Shown here in pieces: positions 1 through 10,465 of a DNA stretch of 64,000 bases. The stretch spans positions 13,826,001 through 13,890,000 of the forward strand of contig JBHGNT010000003.1 of NCBI GenBank assembly GCA_043228905.1, read 5' to 3'. How positions within the stretch are numbered: position 1 is the stretch's first letter; every line of letters begins with the position of its first letter. A program made the position numbers and the translations under genes. The stretch comes from Azolla caroliniana (taxonomy: Eukaryota > Plantae > Polypodiophyta). Under the pieces are notes generated by a model. It had not been told where the DNA came from and did not search any database. It saw only the letters and a program-made list of their open reading frames with translations.

Positions 1-164
1 TCCTCTACTGTTCGGTCTTGGATTGCAATAACTTTTCTGTCTATTGATTATCTTGTGTATTGTTGTGTCTAATCTTGTGTATTGTGTGGAATATTTTTGT
101 GTATTGTTGTTGCCCATAGCCATCTTTAATACTTTTTTTTTTTCTGGAAATTTAGGGTTTTAAC

Positions 165-913
165 ATGTCTAGCCAAATGGAAGGGGAAGAAGGGTGTTTA
201 GAATTACCCCTCAATGATCATAAGGATAGGGATGATGTTATCAGGACACAACAAGCCATACGAAACTATTGGGCAGAAAAAAAAAGGAAACATCGTCAAT
301 TGTGAAGGATACGAAAGCCACACTCAGTAAAGGTAAGGATAGTTTAGCTGAGAATGTAAGTAATGCGACTACCATCATAGAGAGAAAGGTTGTAGACTAT
401 TTCAATGTTCAAACCAAGCACATCAGCAATGAAGAAAAGAAGGTAGTACTTTATGGAATATGTAATGATCCATCGATAAAGGACTTAGTTGATTGTGATG
501 GTCTTAATGCAAACATATCATCTATTTTAGTAAATAATCTTCGTAATAGTTTCGTATCCATGAGCAGGTCAGAAGATGATCTTGTCTTAAAAAGGTCTAG
601 TCTAATGATGTTACTTAATAGTGATGTTGACGATATAAACATCAGTGAGCTATCTAAGGTAATTGGTGTTAGTAGAAAAACAGTGTACAATACAATGAAC
701 CGTATAATTTCCTCAGGTGAAGGAACTAGTCTACTAAAGCTAACTACAAGATGTAAGCCAATGACACCCATAACATTTGAAATCAAGGATGTAATCACAA
801 TGTTTTGGACTAATGAGAGTAGGGTTTCACCCAATAAAAAGGATTTATGCAGGAAACGTGTTGGAAGAAATCAATACGAGGAGCATCCCATTCATCTTCT
901 TGATGTACCTCAG
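165..913 (+). CDS. Transposase exon 1 (basic N-terminus and HTH-like region); probable frameshift near 300
   Basis: ATG 165 frame reads ...NYWAEKKRKHRQL* and the main frame (ORF 269-) carries HTH-like ISELSKVIGVSRKTVYN. Donor CAG|GTATTT at 913/914 is in phase 0 with the acceptor at 2412/2413. Confidence 0.7.
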
Positions 914-954
914 GTATTTACATTTATCTCAACATTTGTTTTGACTCTACTCGG

Positions 955-2395
955 AAAGTTAATTAGCTCAGTTAGCAGAAAAGCTAATTAGCTTATCAGT
1001 TACATTTACCTCAGTTAGCTACTAGGATCGCTACTACATAGGTAACTAGCTACTCTCAATAGTTACTACCATGATAGCTAATTAGCTATTCTCAATAGCT
1101 AATTTAGGTACTACCAGATAATTAGCTGTACTGCTAGCTAGTTAGCTATCATGGTAGCTAGTTAGCTATTTCGTTATTACCAGCTAATTAGCTACTAGGA
1201 AAGCTAATTAGCTACCATGATAGCTAATTAGCTACTATGATAGCTACTACATAGGTAACTGGCTACTCTCAATAGCTACTACCATGATAGCTAATTAGCT
1301 ATTCTCAATAGCTAATTTAGGTACTACCAGATAATTAGTTGTACTGGAAGCTAGTTAGCTATCATGGTAGCTAGTTTGTTATTTCGTTATTACCAGCTAA
1401 TTAGCTACTAGGAAAGCTAATTTCTACCATGATAGCTAATTAGCTTACTAGGATAGCTAATTAGCCACCGTGATAGCTAATTAGCTACTAGACCAGCTAA
1501 TTTGCTACCATGATAGCTAATTAGTTAGGATAGCTAATTAGCCACCATTATAGCTAATTAGCTACTAGACCAGCTAATTAGCTACCATGATAGCTAATTA
1601 GTTACTAGGACAGCTAATTAGCCACCATGATAGCTAATTAGTTAGGATAGCTAATTAGCCACCATTATAGCTAATTAGCTACTAGACCAGCTAATTAGCT
1701 ACCATGATAGCTAATTAGTTACTAGGACAGCTAATTAGCCACCATGATAACTAATTAGCTACCATGATAGCTAATTAGCTACTAGACCAGCTAATTAGCT
1801 ACCATGATAGCTAATTAGTTACTAGAAAAGCTAATTAGCCACCATTATAGCTAATTAGCTACTAGACCAGCTAATTAGCTACCATGATAGCTAATTAGTT
1901 ACTAGGAAAGCTAATTAGCCACCATGATAGCTAATTAGCTACTAGACAAGCTAATTAGCTACCATGATAGCTAATTAGTTACTAGGAAAGCTAATTAGCC
2001 ACCATGATAGCTAATTAGCTACTAGAGCAGCTAATTAGCTACCATGATAGCTAATTAGCTACTAGGACAACTAATTAGCTACTAGGACAGCTAATTAGCT
2101 ACCATGATAGCTAATTAGCTACTAGGACAGCTAATTAGCGACCATGATAGCTAATTAGCTACTAGAATAGCTAATTAGCTACTAGAATAGCTAATTAGCT
2201 ACCATGATAGCTAATTAGCTACTACGACAGCTAATTAACTACCATGATAGCTAATTAGCTACTAGGACAACTAATTAGCTACTAGGACAGCTAATTAGCT
2301 ATCATGATAGCTAATTAGCTACTAGAATAGCTAACTAGCTACTAGAATAGCTAATTAGCTACTAGGATAGTTAGCTAGTTACGAGAATAACTAAT
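955..2395. repeat. Array of palindrome TAGCTAATTAGCTA (about 20-bp period) filling transposase intron 914-2412
   Basis: Directly visible: units such as TAGCTAATTAGCTACCATGA and TAGCTAATTAGCTACTAGGA, with higher-order duplication (about 1030-1235 versus 1245-1445). Confidence 0.97.
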
Positions 2396-2412
2396 TCCCC
2401 TTTATTACGCAG

Positions 2413-4254
2413 GTCGATTTATTTATTAGGTTCAAACGAATGCATCCAACTATCAAAGTTCAACTACGAACATTCGAGTCTCTTAAGCCACACTTTGTGA
2501 GACGCTTAAAGGATCGATACACATGTTGTTGCATTTACCATGTACAGATGGGTTTTCTGAAGGACTTTGTTAATCTACTACGTCACCATAGCGCATCCCT
2601 AACTAATACAGTTTGCACATGTGGGTGCCCAATCTGTCAATCAAGCCCGCAAGAGGAGTGTAAATCATCTGAGCACGTTATCTCTTCCATGAGTTATTTA
2701 TTAGATTCAATATTGTGTCCGAGAGAAACTGACGTTATCTTCCATATTCATAAATATGTCATGGGTTTATGTCAAGATTGTGGCCCTACTAGATTTAGGT
2801 GGTGTCCAAATGAATTGAGTAGTGAAATATTGATCTCTGTGAAGTTATTTGAGTCAGTGAACACCAATTTCGAAGGAAAGGTGTGTAAAAGAAAGGATCT
2901 AGTTCGGAAGATGCTTAAACCAAGGGATTTGGTGTCTCTGTTTGTAGTATCTCTAGGAAAGTTCATTAAACACAACTTCATTTATTCATGGCAGGCCCAT
3001 CAGTTTAAGACTTGCATATCTGATTTCCCAAATGATGTAGTAGTCTCAGTAGTAGATTTCGCAGAGAATTATACTTTCAAGCAGCAGAATGAAATTCAAT
3101 CTATGCATTGGTGTTCAGTTCAGGTAACCATTTTTGTGCACATAACATATTTTCGAGTTTCAGGTGATGTTAAAAAAGTAATTCATTTCTTTATTTCCGA
3201 TGATAAGAAGCATGATACCTTGTTCGTCCAACACTGTTTTAAGTTACATTGGCAGTGGTTATTAGCTCAACGTTTGGAGCTTACTCAACATTGGGTCTGG
3301 TCTGACGGAGCTACGTCACAATTCAAGGCTCGACGTCCATTTTATTTTGTGGGGAGGTATCCTGCTATAACAGGTTTGGAGATGAGATGGAATTTTTTTG
3401 GGTCTGGCCATGGTAAAGGTGAACATGATGGTGCAGGGGCTGTTATAAAGCGGGCACTTACCCATGAACAACTAAAGACAGATGGTGTGCACATGAATTG
3501 TGCATCACATGTAGTTGAATTTTTAAGAACAAATATGTCAACGAGTGCCACAGGTGTTTATTCCTCGCAAGTCCGAGATATCAAACGTGAATTTTGGGAA
3601 GTGAAGATAGATGAAGTAAATAGGGAGAAGACCTGGGAGTGCCAAGGAATTCCCGAATTGCGATCTCTGCATGTTGTTCGCGGTTATTCCAGGTTGGATG
3701 GTCATTGTATTGCGGTTAGAGAATTGACTTGTTTTTGCTTCCATTGTGTGCAGGGAAATTGGAGATATTGTCTAAACAAAGCATACATTCAAAATTGGGA
3801 GTATCACACTCTGAATGATAAGGAAGCAGTTGATGGAGAAACAGGGCAGAATGCTGACTTCACATATGAGGGACTTGGAGATACTTTGAGTGATGTCCTG
3901 AACGTTGGGGATAACTTCGCTGTAAATGCTGAAGAAGGCAATTCAGAGGGTGCTGATTTCTATATATTAAAGTGCACGGTTAGTAAACAGTGTGCAAGGC
4001 AGAATATTGTAGATGCATGGGGAAATTTTGTATCTGCCGGGACATTCTACATCGAAGGCATTTTTTATGCAAAACTAGATGACTACGAATATGTGTACAG
4101 GCTGTTAGAAGACAAACCAACGGCGTATATGTACTCTCATTTGGTCAGATGCATCAACGTCCCAATGTCAGAATACAATAGCTGCTCCGGTTTATACACT
4201 GTTGGTGCTAATGTGTATGAATGTATTTACAATAGTATGCCATGGAATTTGTAG
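2413..4254 (+). CDS. Sola2-type DDD transposase exon 2 (catalytic core)
   Basis: Acceptor CGCAG|GTC is in frame with ORF 2440. Motifs: TCCCIYH Cys cluster, VDFAENY, QNEIQSMHW, ISDDKKHD, WSDGATSQFK, FFGSGHGKGEHDGAGAVIKR, C-terminal CFCFHC. Spliced product is 828 aa counted from 269. Confidence 0.85.
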   Translation, partial: VDLFIRFKRMHPTIKVQLRTFESLKPHFVRRLKDRYTCCCIYHVQMGFLKDFVNLLRHHSASLTNTVCTCGCPICQSSPQEECKSSEHVISSMSYLLDSILCPRETDVIFHIHKYVMGLCQDCGPTRFRWCPNELSSEILISVKLFESVNTNFEGKVCKRKDLVRKMLKPRDLVSLFVVSLGKFIKHNFIYSWQAHQFKTCISDFPNDVVVSVVDFAENYTFKQQNEIQSMHWCSVQVTIFVHITYFRVSGDVKKVIHFFISDDKKHDTLFVQHCFKLHWQWLLAQRLELTQHWVWSDGATSQFKARRPFYFVGRYPAITGLEMRWNFFGSGHGKGEHDGAGAVIKRALTHEQLKTDGVHMNCASHVVEFLRTNMSTSATGVYSSQVRDIKREFWEVKIDEVNREKTWECQGIPELRSLHVVRGYSRLDGHCIAVRELTCFCFHCVQGNWRYCLNKAYIQNWEYHTLNDKEAVDGETGQNADFTYEGLGDTLSDVLNVGDNFAVNAEEGNSEGADFYILKCTVSKQCARQNIVDAWGNFVSAGTFYIEGIFYAKLDDYEYVYRLLEDKPTAYMYSHLVRCINVPMSEYNSCSGLYTVGANVYECIYNSMPWNL

Positions 4255-4601
4255 CTACAAGTAGCACTTACCATGTTCTCTTGTAAAACAAACATGTATT
4301 TCGCGAAAACAGTTAAATAAATTCGTTTGGAATCAATTTCTTGTATACAGTCTGCTTTCTGTGCTTCTTTCTCAATAAAATCATGTCTTTTTTGTTAAGT
4401 TTTAAGTTTTAAGTTATAGCGAAATAGTCATCAGTAGCTAATTAGCTGTACAAATGCAGCTAATTAGCTGTCAATAGCTAAATAGTCATCAATAGAATGA
4501 AATCAACAATCTGCAACATATTCCTCAAATTACACAGTAGATAAGTACAGTGGGAACAAGTAATTAAATTCTTCATTGAATAATGTCATCTCTTTACATA
4601 T

Positions 4602-5696
4602 TTATAAATTACCATTGGAAATGTCTACAAATCTCCTATAAACAGCTAAGCTCTTGCTAGTCAGTGGAACGAGTCTACATATATTATCCGCATATTGAGC
4701 TCGGTATGGAGTCCACAACCATGCACCTAGTTGGCAGCTCACTATTTGCACCAGGTACTGTTCAGGCATTTCCTCGGGTAGAATGAGACAGCATCTCCGA
4801 ATATTGAAGTAGTGTCGGAAATGTTCTGTATCCAAAATCAATGTATTGTCGGCATTATATTCAGGCCAAGTAGCCCAAAAATCAGAAAGTCTCTTGAATC
4901 TTGCAGCTTCCATTTGCTCACAATTTTCTCGTGCCCATTGACCTTTAAAACGACTTCGCCATTTTGGGAAGAATCTTGCCAAACACTTCCACACATCTGA
5001 TTTTGGTTTTTCACTCCAAATAAACAAATCAAAGTATTCCACAGCCCACTCTAGAAACTGATTTGCGTCCCTCCTTGGCTGCATATATCTCACACTCATC
5101 AAGACTTTATCAAGCTCCAAGATCAAGGCTCTTCTTTCGACTTCTAGTGGTTTAGGTTTCCATTCCTGAAACTGAGCCGCTGTTACACCATTTTCTGGTA
5201 GGATACGATCAATCTCAATCAGCTCAGGTTCGGCTGACACAACTGGTGTCCTTTTCCTCTTTAAACCCCTAGTCGACTGTGTTGGGCCTAGCTTCACATT
5301 CTGGTGCTCTTGTTTTGTCGACTTAGTTATCAATCCTTGGATTACCTCAGTGCATGTAGCTACTGATCTGCTCGATATCAGTCCACTGGTATCACATGCT
5401 GCATCTACCTGCAACACCAAGTCATCCGTGCTACATGCTGCATCTACCTGCAACACCAAGTCATCCGTGCTACATGCTTGATCAACTTGTGTGACCAGAT
5501 CACTTGTGTCAGTTGCTACATCTACTTTCAAGATGGGGCCCTTTAAACATGCCGCAACATCAACAGTATCCACACTGCCATTGGCCTTACGAGCAATAGA
5601 ATCAAACCCTTTAGACTCTGCAACATCAGAAAACACCAACATATTCACACTCACAAAGTAACTAATAGTCTCACAAAACAATATCCTGAACATCAA
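4602..5696 (-). CDS. FCP1/SCP/UBLCP1-like (NIF, HAD) phosphatase-domain protein, apparently catalytically dead
   Basis: RRALILELDKVL (DLDxT motif reads ELDKV), PRRDANQFLEWAVEYFDLFIWS and FKRLSDFW...NTLILD resemble NIF-domain motifs. 13-aa repeats STDDLVLQVDAAC lie upstream. True 5' end uncertain (possible acceptor TGCAG near 5618). Confidence 0.65.
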   Translation of the reverse strand: MMFRILFCETISYFVSVNMLVFSDVAESKGFDSIARKANGSVDTVDVAACLKGPILKVDVATDTSDLVTQVDQACSTDDLVLQVDAACSTDDLVLQVDAACDTSGLISSRSVATCTEVIQGLITKSTKQEHQNVKLGPTQSTRGLKRKRTPVVSAEPELIEIDRILPENGVTAAQFQEWKPKPLEVERRALILELDKVLMSVRYMQPRRDANQFLEWAVEYFDLFIWSEKPKSDVWKCLARFFPKWRSRFKGQWARENCEQMEAARFKRLSDFWATWPEYNADNTLILDTEHFRHYFNIRRCCLILPEEMPEQYLVQIVSCQLGAWLWTPYRAQYADNICRLVPLTSKSLAVYRRFVDISNGNL

Positions 5697-5866
5697 AGAG
5701 TTTCAGTCATAGAACAACACTCTTCAAATTATCTTGGAAAAACATCATAGAGTTCCATTACATAATGTGGATCAAGCAACAACCAATCTGAGGTTTTACT
5801 TGTCCAACAGGATAGTAAAACTTCATAAAACCCTAGCAAAATCCCTAAGCTAACAATCATATCCAA

Positions 5867-8800
5867 CTAAACAGTATTTCGCTCCACTACGTCTGGGCCC
5901 CTTGACCGAGTAACTGGTCTTGTTCCCGATCGTGGCCCCTTCTTCAGCCTTTTTCTGGTTGGTTCCCCATTTAGCCTTGCTTCTAGGACCCAATGCGCAA
6001 GTGTGTCCTCCTCCGACAACCTTCCCATCGCCTCAGCAGCTAATTGCACATCAGCCGTTTCTTGAACTAGCTTTTCAAGTACAGAGGGATCTGTTTGGAC
6101 ATTTTCAGTAGTTGGGCTCGGTGGGGTGGAATCAAGGTCTTGAGACTCGAAGAAATGTTGCATCAAGTGTTCATAAACACTGTTGTTGTGAACCTCAGTT
6201 TTACATGTTGTTTCCACTATTTCATGGCATTTCACATCGTTGCCTAATTCAGTACACTGTTCCAAAAGAATAGGGTGCAGCTGATTTGAAGGAGATGTGA
6301 TAGCAGGACTCTTACTTTCAGCCACATTGGTAGTAGTATCCTCATCTGTTGCAGCATCATCAGCACCAGACACATCATGTGCCGTTCTTAATCCACAAGA
6401 TTCTACAATAACATGACAGTTATTTAGGATAGCTAATTAGCTACTTTACTAAACTATGGTAGAAGCTAGGATAGCTAATTAGCTAGTACGATAGCTAATT
6501 AGCTAGTATGATAGCTAATTAGGTACTTTACTCAACTATGGTAGTAGTTAGGATAGCTAATTAGCTACTTTACTCAACTATGGTAGTAGCTAGGATAGCT
6601 AATTAGCTACTTTACTCAACTATGGTAGTAGCTAGGATAGCTAATTAGCTACTTTACTAACTATGGTAGTAGCTAGGATAGCTAATTAGCTACTTTACTA
6701 ACTATGGTAGTAGCTAGGATAGCTAATTAGCTACAATGAAAGCTAATTAGCTACTTTCTGAACTATGTAGTAGCTAGGATAGCTTATTAGCTACTAGGAC
6801 AGCTAATTAGCTGCCAGTAGCTAATTAGCTACTAGGATAGCTTATTAGCTACTTTACACAACTATGGCAGTAGCTACTAGGATAGCTAATTCGCTAGGAT
6901 AGCTAATTCGCTAGTAGGATAGCTAATTAGTTGCCAGCAGCTAATTAGCTAGTAGGATAGCTAATTAGCTACTAGGATAGCTAATTAGCTACTAGGATAG
7001 CTAATTAGTTGCCAGTAGCTAATTAGCTAGTAGGATAGCTAATTAGCTTTTTTACACAACTATGGTACTAGCTAATTAGCTAGTAGGATAGCTAATTAGC
7101 TACTAGGATAGCTAATTAGCTGCTAGTAGCTAATTAGCTACTAGGATAGCTTATTAGCTACTTTACACAACTATGGCAGTAGCTAATTAGTTACTAGGAT
7201 AGCTAATTAGTTGCCAGTGGCTAATTAGCTAGTAGGATACCTAATTAGCTTTTTTACACAACTATAGTACTAGCTAATTAGCTAGTACCATAGCTAATTA
7301 CCTACTAGGATAGCTAATTAGCTAGTAGGATAGCTTATTAGCTACTTTACACAACTATAGTAGTAGCTAGGATAGCTAATTAGCTACTATGGTAGCTAAT
7401 TAGCTACTTTACTCAACTATGGTAGTAGCTAGGATAGCTAATTAGCTACTTTACTCAACTATGGTAGTAGCTAGGATAGCTAATTAGCTACTTTACTAAC
7501 TATGGTAGTAGCTAGGATAGCTAATTAGCTACTTTACTAACTATGGTGGTAGCTAGGATAGCTAATTAGCTACAATGAAAGCTAATTAGCTACTTTCTCA
7601 ACTATGTAGTAGCTAGGATAGCTTATTAGCTACTAGGACAGCTAATTAGCTGCCAGTAGCTAATTAGCTACTAGGATAGCTTATTAGCTACTTTACACAA
7701 CTATGTCAATAGCTAATTAGCTACTATGATAGCTAATTAGCTAGTAGGATAGCTAATTAGCTAGTAGGATAGCTAATTAGTTGCCAGTAGCTAATTAGCT
7801 ACTAGGATAGCTAATTCGCTAGTAGGATAGCTAATTAGTTGCCAATAGCTAATTAGCTCGTAGGATAGCTAATTAGCTTTTTAACACAACTATGGTACTA
7901 GCTAATTAGCTAGTACCATAGCTAATTAGCTACTAGGATAGCTTATTAGCTACTTTACACAACTATGGCAGTAGCTAATTAGTTACTAGGATAGCTAATT
8001 AGTTGCCAGTGGCTAATTAGCTAGTAGGATAGCTATTTAGCTTTTTTACACAACTATGGTACTAGCTAATTAGCTAGTACCATAGCTAATTAGCTACTAG
8101 GATAGCTAATTAGCTAGTAGCTCATTAGCTGCCAGTAGCTAATTAGCTAGTAGGATAGCTAATTAGAAAAGACTAAGCTTATTAGCTACAGTATGGTATA
8201 CCTGTTAGTTTTCTCCACTCATTTGGTAGAGTTGTACTGCAATCTCCCAAACAGAATGCAGCAATTCGACAGGCATGTTGAAAACAAAGCAGATGGTATG
8301 TGTGGTTGCATGGTTGTAGGTGAACCAACAAAGACGCAGTTTTGTCCTCCACACCTAACCCGCAAGCGATGCAACGTGCTTGAACTGTCAATAAATCATT
8401 TTCTGGTTCTACTTCATTTGGTAAGGGAGCAAGAATGTTCAGGTCCAAATCCTGTCTGGTCCTTACCATTCCCTCCACAAAATGTAGCTTCTTCTTAAGG
8501 CAGCTAACTACCTGTTCTTGATGAATGTATTGTTCCTTCAACGCAACAGAGAAATTTACCGATTAATTATTCTTGTTGTTGAAAGATACACCAACTTTGC
8601 TCAGGAATCGTTAACTTACTTGAAGCTTATCCAAATTGTAATCTGCAACAGTATTTACACCTAGAAGGTCCAGGTTCATTGAAAGAACCTGGATCTCTAT
8701 TTGCAGTTCTATTTTACGCTGGGGATCCAGTGGCCCCTCTAATTCAAGCTCCTGTTGCGCAACCTATTCCAGATAATGCTTGATTAGCACATTTTACTCG

Positions 8801-10465
8801 TTATTTATAACACAATCACATACCAGCAAAACAATAGTTACCTTAATCTTATTTCTAATTGTTGTAACAGCAGAAGTAACTTTGCTCTCCATTGTAGAAG
8901 CCATTGTGGCTTTCTCTAAATCAGTCTTAAAAAATGCCAATGTCTCACAGCAACAGTATTTACACCTAGAAGGTCCAGGTTCATTGAAAGAACCTGGATC
9001 TCTATTTGCAGTTCTATTTTACGCTGGGGATCCAGTGGCCCCTCTAATTCAAGCTCCTGTTGCGCAACCTATTCCAGATAATGCTTGATTAGCACATTTT
9101 ACTCGTTATTTATAACACAATCACATACCAGCAAAACAATAGTTACCTTAATCTTATTTCTAATTGTTGTAACAGCAGAAGTAACTTTGCTCTCCATTGT
9201 AGAAGCCATTGTGGCTTTCTCTAAATCAGTCTTAAAAAATGCCAATGTCTCACAGGCTTCATGGACATTTTTTAGCATATAGCTAACCAATGTCTCACCT
9301 GTATCATCGACATTGGCTTTCCTTGGGTGTCGGTGTGGTGTATGCCCCCGGTCTTGCTGGGAGTCGGCAGTTGCATCAACAGCTGCCATGCTCCAAAATC
9401 TGTCTATTTTTTGTGCCAAGGTCCCCATCTTTCGGCATCTTTTTACCGATGCCTCACCATAGACTGCCCAAGCTACCCTATACATTTCAGGGTCTCTAGA
9501 TTCCTTCGCTGTTTTGCAGTACTCATATGCAAATGCTCTAGCAAATGAAACTGACAACTCATTGTTGACTGGGATCTCCTGATGAACTTTCTGGTGCAGT
9601 CTCATGCAGTCATCGTACAAGTCGGCTCATACATGCTTCAGCTTGACCTTGCCTTTGACTCTAGGCACTGTATATACTGTCATCCAGTCTATATCACTGA
9701 TCAATTTATCACTTAGGACAGCAGGGTCAACACCCTCGAGTGACAGACCATAGGTGTTGTGGAAGTCCTCCTTTGTCTCGCAAAATTTTGCGAAGTTTAG
9801 CACTCTCGTATACGGAGGAACGAGCCATCTGAAATATCATTTTAGAAATTAGAATATGTGAGAATCAAAAACCCCAATCAACAACAACAAAAATGGTGCA
9901 AAATCTTTAACTTAGCAAATCAGAAACCCTAATCATAATTTGTATTCAGAAATTTGAAATTAGAAACCCTAATCAAAATCTGTAATCAGAAGTTTGAAAT
10001 CAGAAACCCTAATCAAAATCTGTAATCAGAAGTTTGTAACCAGAAACCTTATTCAGAAATTCTAATCAGAAATTTATAATCAAAAACCCTAATCAGAAAT
10101 TTCAATCAGAAACCCTAATCAAAAATTTCAATCACAAACCCTAATCAGAAATCCTAAGCACAAATTTATAAACAAAATCCCTAATCAGAAATTCTAATTT
10201 GTAATCAAAATTTGTAACCAGAAACCCTATTCAGAAATTCTAATCAGAAATTTATAATCAAAAACCCTAATCAGAAATTTCAATCACAAACCCTAATCAG
10301 AAATTTCAATCAGAAACCCTAATCAGAAATTCTAATAAGAAATTTATAAACAAAAACCCTAATCAGAAATTTCAATCAGAAACCCCAATCATCACTAAAG
10401 ACAGGATTAAACACAAAAAAAGTAATATAAACACACCTGTTGCTACTCCCCGATTTGCGAGACAT
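5867..10465 (-). CDS. Five-exon transposon accessory gene: unknown N-domain, coiled coil, RING-H2 finger, acidic/basic tail (about 574 aa); damaged in this copy
   Basis: Exons 10465-10437, 9828-9147, 8763-8620, 8535-8202 and 6402-5867 join in frame via GT-AG introns. RING: CIAC...CNHTYHLLC...CLGDC. One TGA at 9629-9627 and a 305-bp duplication. Confidence 0.7.
6424..8190. repeat. Second TAGCTAATTAGCTA palindrome array filling intron 6403-8201 of the RING gene
   Basis: Directly visible; includes spacer TTTACTCAACTATGG and a higher-order repeat with about 840-bp offset. Confidence 0.97.
8645..9254. repeat. 305-bp tandem duplication within RING gene
   Basis: Two essentially identical copies (ORFs 8780 and 9085 start identically). 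Confidence 0.95.
9920..10390. repeat. AATCAGAAACCCT / AAACCCTAA (telo-box-containing) minisatellite in intron 1 of RING gene
   Basis: Repeated AAACCCTAATCAGAAAT units inside intron 9829-10436. Confidence 0.9.

Noticed and set aside
955-8190. Palindrome arrays as CRISPR-like repeat-spacer arrays
   Set aside because: Spacers are about 6 bp and reused, there are no cas genes, and the context is eukaryotic introns.
9920-10390. Interstitial telomere
   Set aside because: AAACCCT motifs are separated by other sequence, not tandem TTTAGGG runs.
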